The translations under genes and the position numbers were made by a program. A model generated the notes under the pieces. That model ran no database searches and was not told where the DNA came from. It worked only from the letters and a program-made list of their open reading frames with translations. Below, piece by piece: positions 1 to 7,502 of a DNA stretch of 64,000 nt. Origin of the DNA: Candidatus Daviesbacteria bacterium (lineage in GTDB: Bacteria; Patescibacteriota; Microgenomatia; Daviesbacterales; UBA10151); assembly GCA_016183305.1 (NCBI GenBank), contig JACPEW010000020.1, positions 4,247 to 68,246 on the forward strand, given 5' to 3'. The stretch's first letter is position 1. Every line of letters begins with the position of its first letter.

Positions 1-33
1 TTATACCATAAATGTACTGACAATGTACTGACA

Positions 34-437
34 TTAAATTTTTATACCAAGCTCCTGAAGCCTTATATTTAGATCTTGAGGATCTTTAAAAAGTATCCCT
101 TTTATGCCTACTTTTTCTGCTCCTTTGATATTACTTTCTCTGTCATCAATAAATATAGCCTCTTCAGGTTTAACTTTTTCATCAATTCATACACCTCTTC
201 ATTTAAAATAGAAGTATTTAAAATTTCCTCCTTAACTTGCCCTACAGTTTTACCGGTTTCTTTTGCCAGGTGCTCCAAAAATTGAGTGGGAGTAATGGTC
301 TCCCTATCAACTTGATGGGAAATATCCATAAAAAATTGTCTTTTTTCCTCAAGGTTAGGGATATTTTTTCCTAGCCACATCCAATAGGCTTCTGACATAA
401 TCACCCCAGCATTGTCAAAAATAATAGCTTTAACCAT
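34..437 (-). pseudogene. HAD-superfamily hydrolase remnant (internal deletion plus frame change)
   Basis: ORF 108..437 begins MVKAIIFDNAGVI (HAD motif I-like). The C-terminal VKPEEAIFIDDRESNIKGAEKVGIKGILFKDPQDL is readable only in another frame from about 175 down to stop 34..36. The central cap and motif II/III region is absent. Confidence 0.6.
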
Positions 438-475
438 TAAACTTAATATATTATAACAAACTTACCTCTTCCCCT

Positions 476-556
476 GTCATTCCGACCCTGAGCGAACGAA
501 GTGAGGTCGAAGGGGAGGAATCTTCCACCTAAATCAATTAATTAACTTGGAAGATT
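476..556. repeat. GTCAT-hairpin-ATCTTCC miniature repeat with downstream GGAAGATT inverted partner
   Basis: gtcattccgaccctgagcgaacgaagtgaggtcgaaggggaggaatcttcc (476..526), then ggaagatt at 549..556, complementary to aatcttcc. Same family as 6095..6160 and others. Confidence 0.7.
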
Positions 557-631
557 GCTTCAGGTTTTTTAGACCTTTAAGGATTATATGGTTTAAATAC
601 ATATTTTTTCATTGTTTTTAAGTATGTCAAT

Positions 632-1432
632 TTATAGCTCAAAATCCAAAATTAAGGGTAGATGATCGGAGACATCAGAATCTAAAACTTCAAAAGAATT
701 TACCTTAACCCCTTTGCTGATAAGGATAAAATCTATAACATTTCTTTTTAAATGGCTTAACTCATTACTTTCAGGCCTGGTGGTTTGGATATTATGCTGG
801 TCTACTAAGCTAATAAAGTGTTTATTAAATACCTTCATAGATTCAGAATCAGGAAACAAATTAAAATCCCCAGCTATAATAGTGGGATAATTTACCTCTC
901 TAGCAAGCTGATTAATCTTTTTACAAGCTTTCAAAGTTTCTTTATTCCCAATTTTCTCCTTGGTCCAAATACCATGGTAATTTAGAATCCTAAGCTTTTT
1001 ATTTCCTGATAAGATTAAGTCTACTACCTGGACTGATTTAACCTCATTTTCAGGCCAATTTGTCCACTCAGTCATTGGCCCAAAGTTATTTTTGAGGAAA
1101 ATATTAGCAGTTTTTAACATCTCAAACCTAGATTTAACATAAATTCCAGATTCAATCCAGCCTCCAAAATCTATAAAATAATCTTCTTTTTTGTGGAAAT
1201 TTTTAAGATGAAAATCTTTGCTTAACCAAGTAGAGCTAAAAAAAGAGTGGGTTAGTTTTTTAGTAGCTTTATCAATAAAATCTTTAGATAAATAGTCTTT
1301 AACTACTTTAGGGTCAATGCTTAAGGCCACTTCCTGCAAACAGACAATATCAGGTTCCTGATCAAGCAAGAATTGATAAAGTTTCTCATTGTTAGTCTCG
1401 AATAGGGCTACATTTAGAGAGATTAGTTTCAT
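632..1432 (-). CDS. endonuclease/exonuclease/phosphatase (EEP) family protein
   Basis: 266 aa with N-terminal LISLNV, DIVCLQEV, GDFN and C-terminal SDHLPL motifs typical of the EEP fold. Confidence 0.8.
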   Translation of the reverse strand: MKLISLNVALFETNNEKLYQFLLDQEPDIVCLQEVALSIDPKVVKDYLSKDFIDKATKKLTHSFFSSTWLSKDFHLKNFHKKEDYFIDFGGWIESGIYVKSRFEMLKTANIFLKNNFGPMTEWTNWPENEVKSVQVVDLILSGNKKLRILNYHGIWTKEKIGNKETLKACKKINQLAREVNYPTIIAGDFNLFPDSESMKVFNKHFISLVDQHNIQTTRPESNELSHLKRNVIDFILISKGVKVNSFEVLDSDVSDHLPLILDFEL

Positions 1433-1447
1433 TTACTAAAAATTATA

Positions 1448-1867
1448 TCAGTTACCGATGTCCTGAGGTTGCAAAAGGGTAATTTCCTTAAACTTTTTGA
1501 AGTCTTTATCAAAAGTAACGATCTTATTAATTTTATTTTCTAAGCAGACTGCCAGATGGATTAAATCCCTGCTGCTGGCATTTTTATAAATAGAAACATA
1601 TTTTAAGTAAATTTCTATGATGGACTGATCAATGGGTAGCAGACCGCTTAACAATTGAAGGGTTTGCTTAGCAGCTTCTAAACCTTCCTTCACCTGTTTA
1701 ACATTTTTACTGTAATGGATAATTTCCTGAATGGTTTCCGTTGAGGTCAGCAGTAAAATCTTTTCTTTTTTACAAAATTTAATAAACTTAAAACAAGAGA
1801 GATAATAGGGAGATGATTTGTCTGATAAATAGAGGAAAATATTGGTATCCAAGTACAGGCTATTCAT
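1448..1867 (-). CDS. vapC: PIN-domain toxin (VapC-like)
   Basis: LYLDTNIFLY near the N-terminus and TFDKDF near the C-terminus. ATG 1867 overlaps the upstream antitoxin stop (ATGAATAG). Confidence 0.75.
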   Translation of the reverse strand: MNSLYLDTNIFLYLSDKSSPYYLSCFKFIKFCKKEKILLLTSTETIQEIIHYSKNVKQVKEGLEAAKQTLQLLSGLLPIDQSIIEIYLKYVSIYKNASSRDLIHLAVCLENKINKIVTFDKDFKKFKEITLLQPQDIGN

Positions 1868-2096
1868 ACCTTTTTTCAAAGATCTTTTTCATCTGCCCAG
1901 GGCTTTGGGTTTTAATGCCAATAGATCCCATTCTTTTGGCAACTGTTTCTATATCAGGCTTGGAACCTTCCTCTAAAGGGATAATTTTGTATCTTTTATT
2001 GCTATCTTTTTTAATAATAGTCACTTCTTCTCCACCATCTATCATCTTAAAAACCTTAAATATCTGGTTGCGAAGTTCTGTCACATGCAGGATCAT
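1860..2096 (-). CDS. small antitoxin (Phd/YefM-like) paired with VapC
   Basis: 78 aa, overlaps the PIN gene start by 8 nt, the typical TA operon arrangement. The family assignment is tentative. Confidence 0.5.
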   Translation of the reverse strand: MILHVTELRNQIFKVFKMIDGGEEVTIIKKDSNKRYKIIPLEEGSKPDIETVAKRMGSIGIKTQSPGQMKKIFEKRYE

Positions 2097-2142
2097 ATGT
2101 ACATAGTGTACATGACAACTGTTATGCTGTCAAGATATTATT

Positions 2143-2342
2143 TTAGGAACCATTTCTTGCAGGATATTCTCTCAGTAATGGTCTATCTCTAAAACCTCTG
2201 TAAAGAGCAAGTTGGTAATGAAATGCGATACCTTTATTGATTTGCCAAGGATGAGGTGCATCAGGTCTAGCGGGCTCAGCTAATTCACCTCCGTCTTGGG
2301 TTGTTGATTCAGCACCTTTATAATTCCTTCCGCATTTTCCAT
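2143..2342 (-). pseudogene. small GC-richer ORF, apparently frameshifted (ATG frame stops after 20 codons; a 65-codon open frame without start follows)
   Basis: ATG at 2342 gives MENAEGIIKVLNQQPKTEVN-stop. The adjacent frame reads YGKCGRNYKGAESTTQDGGELAEPARPDAPHPWQINKGIAFHYQLALYRGFRDRPLLREYPARNGS-stop (2143..2145). Confidence 0.25.
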
Positions 2343-2450
2343 AAATTATATTTTATCATGAATAAATTACTGGCTAATGGCTACTTGATCTAGATTGTTG
2401 TAGATAAGCTATCTTGTAGTGCTACCTAAAAATGAACTATTTTAGAGTAT

Positions 2451-3320
2451 ATGGCTTGGGATAATATTCCCCGTATTCACTGTTTTTCTTTGGGGGATCT
2501 TCATGAATTTGACAGGTGTTTTTTTTCTTTTTTTGTTAAACACCATTTAGGTAAAAAATACGAAGTGGCAGAAGGTAATATGAGCCAGGCTGTAGGTTGC
2601 TTGCTGGATTTGGCTATTAAAAAGCTTCATCAAATTAGAGCTTATAACCAGTCCCCCCAGTATCTTCAAACTTTAATTAAAGCAGCAGAAAGGGAGATGA
2701 GGGAAGATATTGAAAAAAGAGGTAAAAATTCTTTTTATGGGGCCCAATTGGAATTCTTAACTCCTGAGGTAGTAAGCAGAGCCCAGGAAATTTTTAAAAA
2801 ATATATGCAGCAGATAGCAGGTAAGTTTAAAAAACTGCTTTTGACAGAAATATCTCAAAAACAAAAACCATTCTGGCAAAGAGTAATTAGCTCTACCCAA
2901 GATTTAAAACTCTGGGGAGGACCAGATGCTATAGAAATAGGAGAAGACGGGGTTCCCGAGGTGGTGGATTATAAATACTTTGAGGATTTAGAAAGAGGTA
3001 AAGGTAATTTAGATATGGATTTGATGCCTAAAGTCTATATTTTGCTTTGTGCTGAAGATTTAAAAAAATCAGGTTTTTCTAAAGCCAGGTTTAAAATCAG
3101 GTTTTGGGAGGATCCTTTAAATGAGGATTTTTATGAAGAATTTGATTTAACAAATGCTCCAAATTTAGAAAATTATCTAAAAGATAAAATAGAAAGGATA
3201 CTGCGGACTACTGAAGTTTCTTTTTGTGAAAGGGATTACTGTAGGGTCTGCAAGCATCCTCAAAAAGCAGAATGGCTTAAACAATTAGCAGCTTTGGGTC
3301 TGGTAGAGCATAAAGTATAA
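2451..3320 (+). CDS. PD-(D/E)XK nuclease superfamily protein (Cas4/RecB-like, four-Cys)
   Basis: GGPDAIEIGEDGVPEVVDYKY (D...E-x-K-like core). An N-terminal Cys (FDRCFF) and the C-terminal C-x4-C-x2-C (CERDYCRVC) resemble Fe-S Cas4/AddB-type nuclease domains. Confidence 0.5.
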   Translation: MAWDNIPRIHCFSLGDLHEFDRCFFSFFVKHHLGKKYEVAEGNMSQAVGCLLDLAIKKLHQIRAYNQSPQYLQTLIKAAEREMREDIEKRGKNSFYGAQLEFLTPEVVSRAQEIFKKYMQQIAGKFKKLLLTEISQKQKPFWQRVISSTQDLKLWGGPDAIEIGEDGVPEVVDYKYFEDLERGKGNLDMDLMPKVYILLCAEDLKKSGFSKARFKIRFWEDPLNEDFYEEFDLTNAPNLENYLKDKIERILRTTEVSFCERDYCRVCKHPQKAEWLKQLAALGLVEHKV

Positions 3321-3336
3321 TACTATTGACTTATAT

Positions 3337-3356
3337 GAGCAGAGCAGAGCAGAGCG
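3337..3356 (+). repeat. pentanucleotide repeat (GAGCA)x3 plus GAGCG directly after an ATG
   Basis: atgagcagagcagagcagagcg read directly; ATG at 3335..3337. Confidence 0.95.
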
Positions 3357-3485
3357 ATTTGGCCAGGTTTTTTCCCACTAGCTCTAAGACCTTGTAGTCT
3401 TAGATTCCATATTCCTTACCAGCCAGTAGGGATTGACCAGGGTTTATTAATAGAGGAACAAGAAACCAGTAAAGTAAATTCAACC

Positions 3486-4133
3486 TTGGCTGAAGCTGAA
3501 ATTTGTTTTTCAGTAGTGGAACTAAACCAGCGGGCGGGCGCAGGGGAATTAGTAGCTGTTAGAGTAGCTAAGCTTATTAATAATGATCTTCAAACTAGGT
3601 TACTAGAACGGGAAGGAAAATATTCGTTTCAAGTAACAGCTGCTGGTAAATCAGGTTTATATAATGCTTTAGTTTTTGCTAAGGCGATTAGCTTAACAGA
3701 TGCCTTGCGTTTGATTAAAGAAGAATCCAAAGCAATTGGATTGGCTCAAAAAGCCTATTTCTCCTCTGCCGTTACCTCGGAAGATTTGTTATATACGCCT
3801 ATTCTAAGGGATTTCTTAAACAATATGCAGGACACTACTGCTGAAGTAGCAATTAAACAACCTAACTTGACTGTAGTAAACGGAAAAGGTAATAAGGTTT
3901 CTGGGGAGGCAGAAATCAGGCAAGAAATCATCGAGCAAGCTCTTAGGCCATACAACGAATTAGCAGTTAATGAGACATTAAGAAAGCTTAAAGCTTATCG
4001 GCCTTTTGAGGTTGGACTACAACCAAGAGGTAATAAAACATACCTGACCGGTGCAATGGCAGCAGGTACAATTTTAGCACTAATAGCTTGTGAGGCTTAT
4101 GGTAGATATCAGAGAAGAAATAAATTAAGTTAG
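3486..4133 (+). CDS. hypothetical C-terminally membrane-anchored protein (frame is open upstream to 3339)
   Basis: 215 aa from a TTG start with a C-terminal hydrophobic helix (GAMAAGTILALIACEAY). The same frame has no stop back to 3339, next to the pentanucleotide repeat. Confidence 0.5.
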   Translation: MAEAEICFSVVELNQRAGAGELVAVRVAKLINNDLQTRLLEREGKYSFQVTAAGKSGLYNALVFAKAISLTDALRLIKEESKAIGLAQKAYFSSAVTSEDLLYTPILRDFLNNMQDTTAEVAIKQPNLTVVNGKGNKVSGEAEIRQEIIEQALRPYNELAVNETLRKLKAYRPFEVGLQPRGNKTYLTGAMAAGTILALIACEAYGRYQRRNKLS

Positions 4134-4685
4134 TTTCACTTCAGTTAAAGTATTATGCTGATGGAAGCCATCAGAGGGGATTGATTCAAAAAGTTTTATA
4201 GAAGTAATCTGGATTGGCTCAAAGTTTTGGGCCATGATTTCTTCTAAACCTCTTTCCAGATTTCTATCAACTGCAAAGTCATTATTTAATTTGGCAATGG
4301 AAATATGTGGGACAAAGCGCCTTTCATCTATGGGTAAGTGTAAGTCTTCTAGCTCATCTTGAATTCTTTCATGGATAATAAAAAGCTTATCAATATCACC
4401 TTTTACCCCTACCCATAAAACCTTAGGTTGGTGAATGGTAGGGAAGCCATCAATATATGCAGGAGTCACCTCAAAAGAAGGAATATCAAAGGTTGCATCT
4501 TTAATAACTTGAGCTAAAGACTTTCTATAAATATCTGGTTGTTCCCCAATAAAGGCTAAAGTAAGGTGAACTTTGTCCAAAGCAGTAAGTTTTGCCTGAG
4601 GAATTAATGTATGCAAACTCTTTTGAATAGCTTGAAACTGTGCTAAATTCCCACTTGGTATTTCCAGGGCTATGAAGAACCTCAT
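4125..4685 (-). CDS. thpR: RNA 2',3'-cyclic phosphodiesterase (2H phosphoesterase, LigT/ThpR family)
   Basis: Two H-x-T/S motifs (HLTLAF and HISIAK) at the expected spacing. MRFFIALEIP N-terminus typical of the family. Confidence 0.8.
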   Translation of the reverse strand: MRFFIALEIPSGNLAQFQAIQKSLHTLIPQAKLTALDKVHLTLAFIGEQPDIYRKSLAQVIKDATFDIPSFEVTPAYIDGFPTIHQPKVLWVGVKGDIDKLFIIHERIQDELEDLHLPIDERRFVPHISIAKLNNDFAVDRNLERGLEEIMAQNFEPIQITSIKLFESIPSDGFHQHNTLTEVKLT

Positions 4686-4704
4686 TTAATTTTTATTTTA
4701 GAAA

Positions 4705-5001
4705 CTAGCTTGAGAGCCCGAAGGGTATCGGGGAGTATGGCTTTTGTAAACATACTACCTTTCTTTTATCTAATCCTAAAAAGTCAGCCCAAAAGTTGGC
4801 AGTTTTTGGTGAAAGGTCCCTGCTGGTTAAGAGTAAAGCCTTAATATCCTCTTTTTGGAAATTATCCGCTACCCATTTTAAAGCGCTGGTGTCACCGCGG
4901 TCAAGCAGGCGTTTGAGGATAAAAGACCGGGATTTTTCCAAGCTTACCTTATTAAAATCCACATCCCAAAAATATTGTTTAAATGATCTAGGAAGTTTCA
5001 T
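4705..5001 (-). CDS. conserved hypothetical protein
   Basis: 98-aa ORF (YFWDVDF...ANFWADFLGL); I cannot name the family with confidence. Confidence 0.4.
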   Translation of the reverse strand: MKLPRSFKQYFWDVDFNKVSLEKSRSFILKRLLDRGDTSALKWVADNFQKEDIKALLLTSRDLSPKTANFWADFLGLDKRKVVCLQKPYSPIPFGLSS

Positions 5002-5043
5002 GTCTTGACAATATTATACCAATATTTTATATTAATTGTGAAA

Positions 5044-5169
5044 ACTGAATATCAATCAAGAGCGGTAGATAGAGTATTGGCTCGTTAAGCTACCCAGCAA
5101 CCTAGCAAAACTAAGGTGCTACACCCAAACCTAACGTCGATTTACAATCGAACGAAAGGGAGGATTAGT
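5044..5169 (+). promoter_or_regulatory. candidate SAM-I-clan riboswitch aptamer
   Basis: AAGAG (5058..5062); P2 GGUAG/CUACC (5064..5068 / 5090..5094) enclosing GAG-UAUUGG-CUC; GCAACC (5097..5102); AAGGUGCUA (5113..5121). Possible pseudoknot UUGG (5077..5080) with CCAA (5125..5128). P4 hairpin tcgatt-tac-aatcga (5137..5151); GAAAG (5154..5158). The order matches the SAM-I consensus. Confidence 0.55.
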
Positions 5170-5197
5170 CCTGAAATAAATTTAAGGAAAAAAGTAT

Positions 5198-5224
5198 AAC
5201 CTCTCTTTCAAGAGAGGTTTTTTT
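5198..5224 (+). terminator. intrinsic terminator (riboswitch expression platform)
   Basis: aacctctct-ttca-agagaggtt followed by a T-run. The 5' arm cctctcttt (5200..5208) can alternatively pair with aaagggagg (5155..5163). Confidence 0.7.
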
Positions 5225-5242
5225 ATGGAAGGAGGTGAAAAT

Positions 5243-5617
5243 ATGGCAAGTAGAGAAAATGGAAATCCATATGGATTTTATGATGCATTATTAGATGAGG
5301 CTGCAACAGCTGTAGCCCGAGGCCGAAAGGCCACTGCACCTGAGGATTCAGGGCAAGTTGTTATTCCTGTTGCTGACATTAACAACGGACATGCACGTTT
5401 AGTATTAGGTAATTTTCCCTATGAGAAAAGATTTAGAGGTATTCCAGGTCGCAGCCTAACTGGAAGATCAACAATACAACCTGTGTTTGCTGTGGTAGAA
5501 GGCCGAGCAATTACGCCTATACCTTACGCAGAGAATGTTTTAGGACTGGGGGTGCCATTAGCTTCAGAGGTAGTTAGTCGTTTGGAAGCATTAAGGGAGA
5601 GGCAGGCTGCTATTTAA
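5243..5617 (+). CDS. hypothetical protein (GC-richer than flanks), downstream of the riboswitch candidate
   Basis: ggaggtg SD 6 nt before ATG 5243 (the track start 5225 sits in the terminator T-run). 124 aa with no family recognised. Confidence 0.6.
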   Translation: MASRENGNPYGFYDALLDEAATAVARGRKATAPEDSGQVVIPVADINNGHARLVLGNFPYEKRFRGIPGRSLTGRSTIQPVFAVVEGRAITPIPYAENVLGLGVPLASEVVSRLEALRERQAAI

Positions 5618-5635
5618 TGCCCAAAGATTTAATTT

Positions 5636-5669
5636 GAGCTGGGTGAGTCAACCCGCGCCCAGCTCTTTT
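5636..5669 (+). terminator. intrinsic terminator
   Basis: gagctggg ... cccagctc stem followed by tttta. Confidence 0.6.
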
Positions 5670-5755
5670 ATTGGACAAACGGGGAGAGTTGCTTAAGATA
5701 CTTGAAATCTCAATTATTTATGGCATACCGTAGGGATGAGGGGAGGTGATGGAAA

Positions 5756-6031
5756 ATGGTAAAACCAGAAAGCGGATCAGGTGAGATGACTATCAGAGAA
5801 GCTGGAAAACTGGGTGGTGAGGCTGTGGTTGAGACAAGAGGTCCGGAATTCTATAGAGAAATCGGCAGGAAAGGCGGTATAGCAGTTAGAGAAAGCAGGG
5901 GGTCTGAATTCTTTAAAGAAATTGGCAGAAAGGGTGGGGAGACTTTAAGAGATCAGGTGGGCCCGGGATATTATTCCAGAATAGGCCGGATGGGTGGCAC
6001 GTCAAAAAAAGGTCGGGAGCGGTTACATTAA
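5756..6031 (+). CDS. KGG-repeat general stress protein (YciG/GsiB-like)
   Basis: Three repeats of G-x-EF[YF]-x-EIGRKGG (EFYREIGRKGG, EFFKEIGRKGG, YYSRIGRMGG). Confidence 0.75.
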   Translation: MVKPESGSGEMTIREAGKLGGEAVVETRGPEFYREIGRKGGIAVRESRGSEFFKEIGRKGGETLRDQVGPGYYSRIGRMGGTSKKGRERLH

Positions 6032-6094
6032 GTTTTTGTAATTATGTCCGTGGCTGCTGCATAGAGTAGAGCTTCAGGATTTAACAAAGGATTT

Positions 6095-6160
6095 GTCATC
6101 TCGAGCGACTAGCGAGAGATCTTCCGAGGTTGGAAGATTCCTCGTTTCACTCGGAATGAC
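6095..6160. repeat. inverted pair of GTCAT-hairpin-ATCTTCC repeats
   Basis: gtcatctcgagcgactagcgagagatcttcc (6095..6125), gaggtt, ggaagattcctcgtttcactcggaatgac (6132..6160). Confidence 0.8.
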
Positions 6161-6235
6161 AGGTTTTGACAACTCCTGAACGATTACTGCATAGAATCTT
6201 GACTAATACATACAAAAACTATATAATTATATTGT

Positions 6236-6520
6236 ATGAATAGGGTTATTGTTCAGGTTCCTATGTCAAAAGAGTTAAAAGAAAAGGCTGAAACAGTATC
6301 TTCTGATATGGGTTTTTCTTCCTTGCAAGAGATCATTAGATTGTTTCTTAATAAGATAGCTGCTGGTGAAGTTAATGTGAGATTTGAAGAAACAGTTAAG
6401 CTTTCACCAAAAGCTGTTAAACGTTACGATAAAATGATTGATGAGATAGAATCCGGGAAAGTTAAGACTGAAGAGTTTACTGATACAGATAGTTTGATGA
6501 AGTATTTAAATGATAATTAG
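6236..6520 (+). CDS. RelB/DinJ-like antitoxin
   Basis: 94 aa, N-terminal ribbon-helix-helix-like VIVQVPMSKELKEKAETV..SSLQEIIRLFL. Overlaps the downstream toxin start. Confidence 0.6.
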   Translation: MNRVIVQVPMSKELKEKAETVSSDMGFSSLQEIIRLFLNKIAAGEVNVRFEETVKLSPKAVKRYDKMIDEIESGKVKTEEFTDTDSLMKYLNDN

Positions 6521-6776
6521 GTTAGGTAAGAGGTTTAAAAAAGCTTACAAAACTAGAATTGCTTCTAATAAAAGATTAATTCTACAAGCAAAAGAGAGAA
6601 TTGATTTGTTTAGATCTGATCCTCAAAATCCCATTTTAAAAGATCATAGATTGTCCGGAGCCAAACGGGAATTACGTGCATTTTCTATTACAGGGGATAT
6701 CCGTTTAGTTTATTAACCAGTTTCAGAAGACGAAGTTATATTCTTAGATATTGGATCACACAACCAGGTGTATTAA
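6510..6776 (+). pseudogene. RelE/YafQ-family toxin with in-frame TAA
   Basis: ...LKDHRLSGAKRELRAFSITGDIRLVY-TAA(6714..6716)-PVSEDEVIFLDIGSHNQVY-TAA(6774..6776). The family-typical C-terminal strand lies after the first stop. Confidence 0.65.
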
Positions 6777-6777
6777 C

Positions 6778-6818
6778 TTTAGGTTCCCTCATTCCAGGAG
6801 GAGAGGTATTTTTTCTGT
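6778..6818 (-). pseudogene. orphan duplicate of the ahcY 3' end (12 codons plus stop)
   Basis: 39/41 identical to 8244..8284. Encodes QKKYLSSWNEGT-stop; both differences are synonymous. Confidence 0.9.
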
Positions 6819-6966
6819 ATTATTTATACTCTTTTTGTTAAGCGTCTCTGTCTAAACGCGTTAGATTTGCCTGATAGACTTTGAAGTGTTTTTATTATAA
6901 ACTATAAGTCTGAAAATATACTTATGGTAGAAATACAACGGAGGCCTATTGATATAGATTTGGCAA

Positions 6967-7479
6967 TTGCAGATATCAGGTATCCTGTGGGGGGGAGAAT
7001 GTGATGCAGAAAAGCTTCAGGTTGAATGTTTAGCTTTGGCAGCAGCAGATCAAAGTTTAGCGTTACCAGCTCAAGCTGTGTTGGAGTTAAGCAGGATAAT
7101 GAGGGTGCCTGTTAGTTCGGTTCCTGTGTTTGCAGGATTCGGGCGATGGGTCTTAGATCCTGAGGCGAGCGATGAATTGGGTGATTACGCTGAAGCATTA
7201 AGTGGTGTGCAGGAATGGCTTATTGAAAAAAGGCAATTTGAAAAATTAAAAGCTCCCCGTCCTAATGTGTCTGTAAATAGAGGATCACGACATGTAAGGT
7301 GAGACTTTAAAGGAAAAGTATTAGCCCTAAGACAGGCTGGAGATTCTTGCGCTGAGGTTGCTGAACAATTGGAGCGTCCCTTGGGAGCTATCCAGGAAGC
7401 ATCACGATGGTTAATAAGACAAGGCTTGCTTGATAATAGATCTAACAATAATCCTCAGGTTCGAAGAGGTTTGTATTAA
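6967..7479 (+). pseudogene. GC-rich ORF with in-frame TGA; C-terminal helix-turn-helix
   Basis: 111 codons, TGA (7300..7302), then 58 in-frame codons DFKGKVLALRQAGDSCAEVAEQLERPLGAIQEASRWLIRQGLL... (HTH-like). TTG start is uncertain. Confidence 0.4.
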
Positions 7480-7502
7480 AATTCTGCCTCAGAGGAGTGA
7501 AG

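Noticed and set aside
11-33. Tandem 11-mer (atgtactgaca x2) at the window start
   Set aside because: There are only two copies at the very edge of the window, with no context to interpret them.
76-285. 69-aa plus-strand ORF, and similar short ORFs elsewhere (1813..2106, 3755..3955, 4796..5008, 8657..9181, 9365..9592)
   Set aside because: All are antisense to better-supported genes or run across intergenic repeats. Their composition is typical of AT-rich shadow frames.
7185-7448. 87-aa minus-strand ORF
   Set aside because: It is antisense to the GC-rich HTH reading frame. The plus-strand frame has a recognisable HTH and this one has none.
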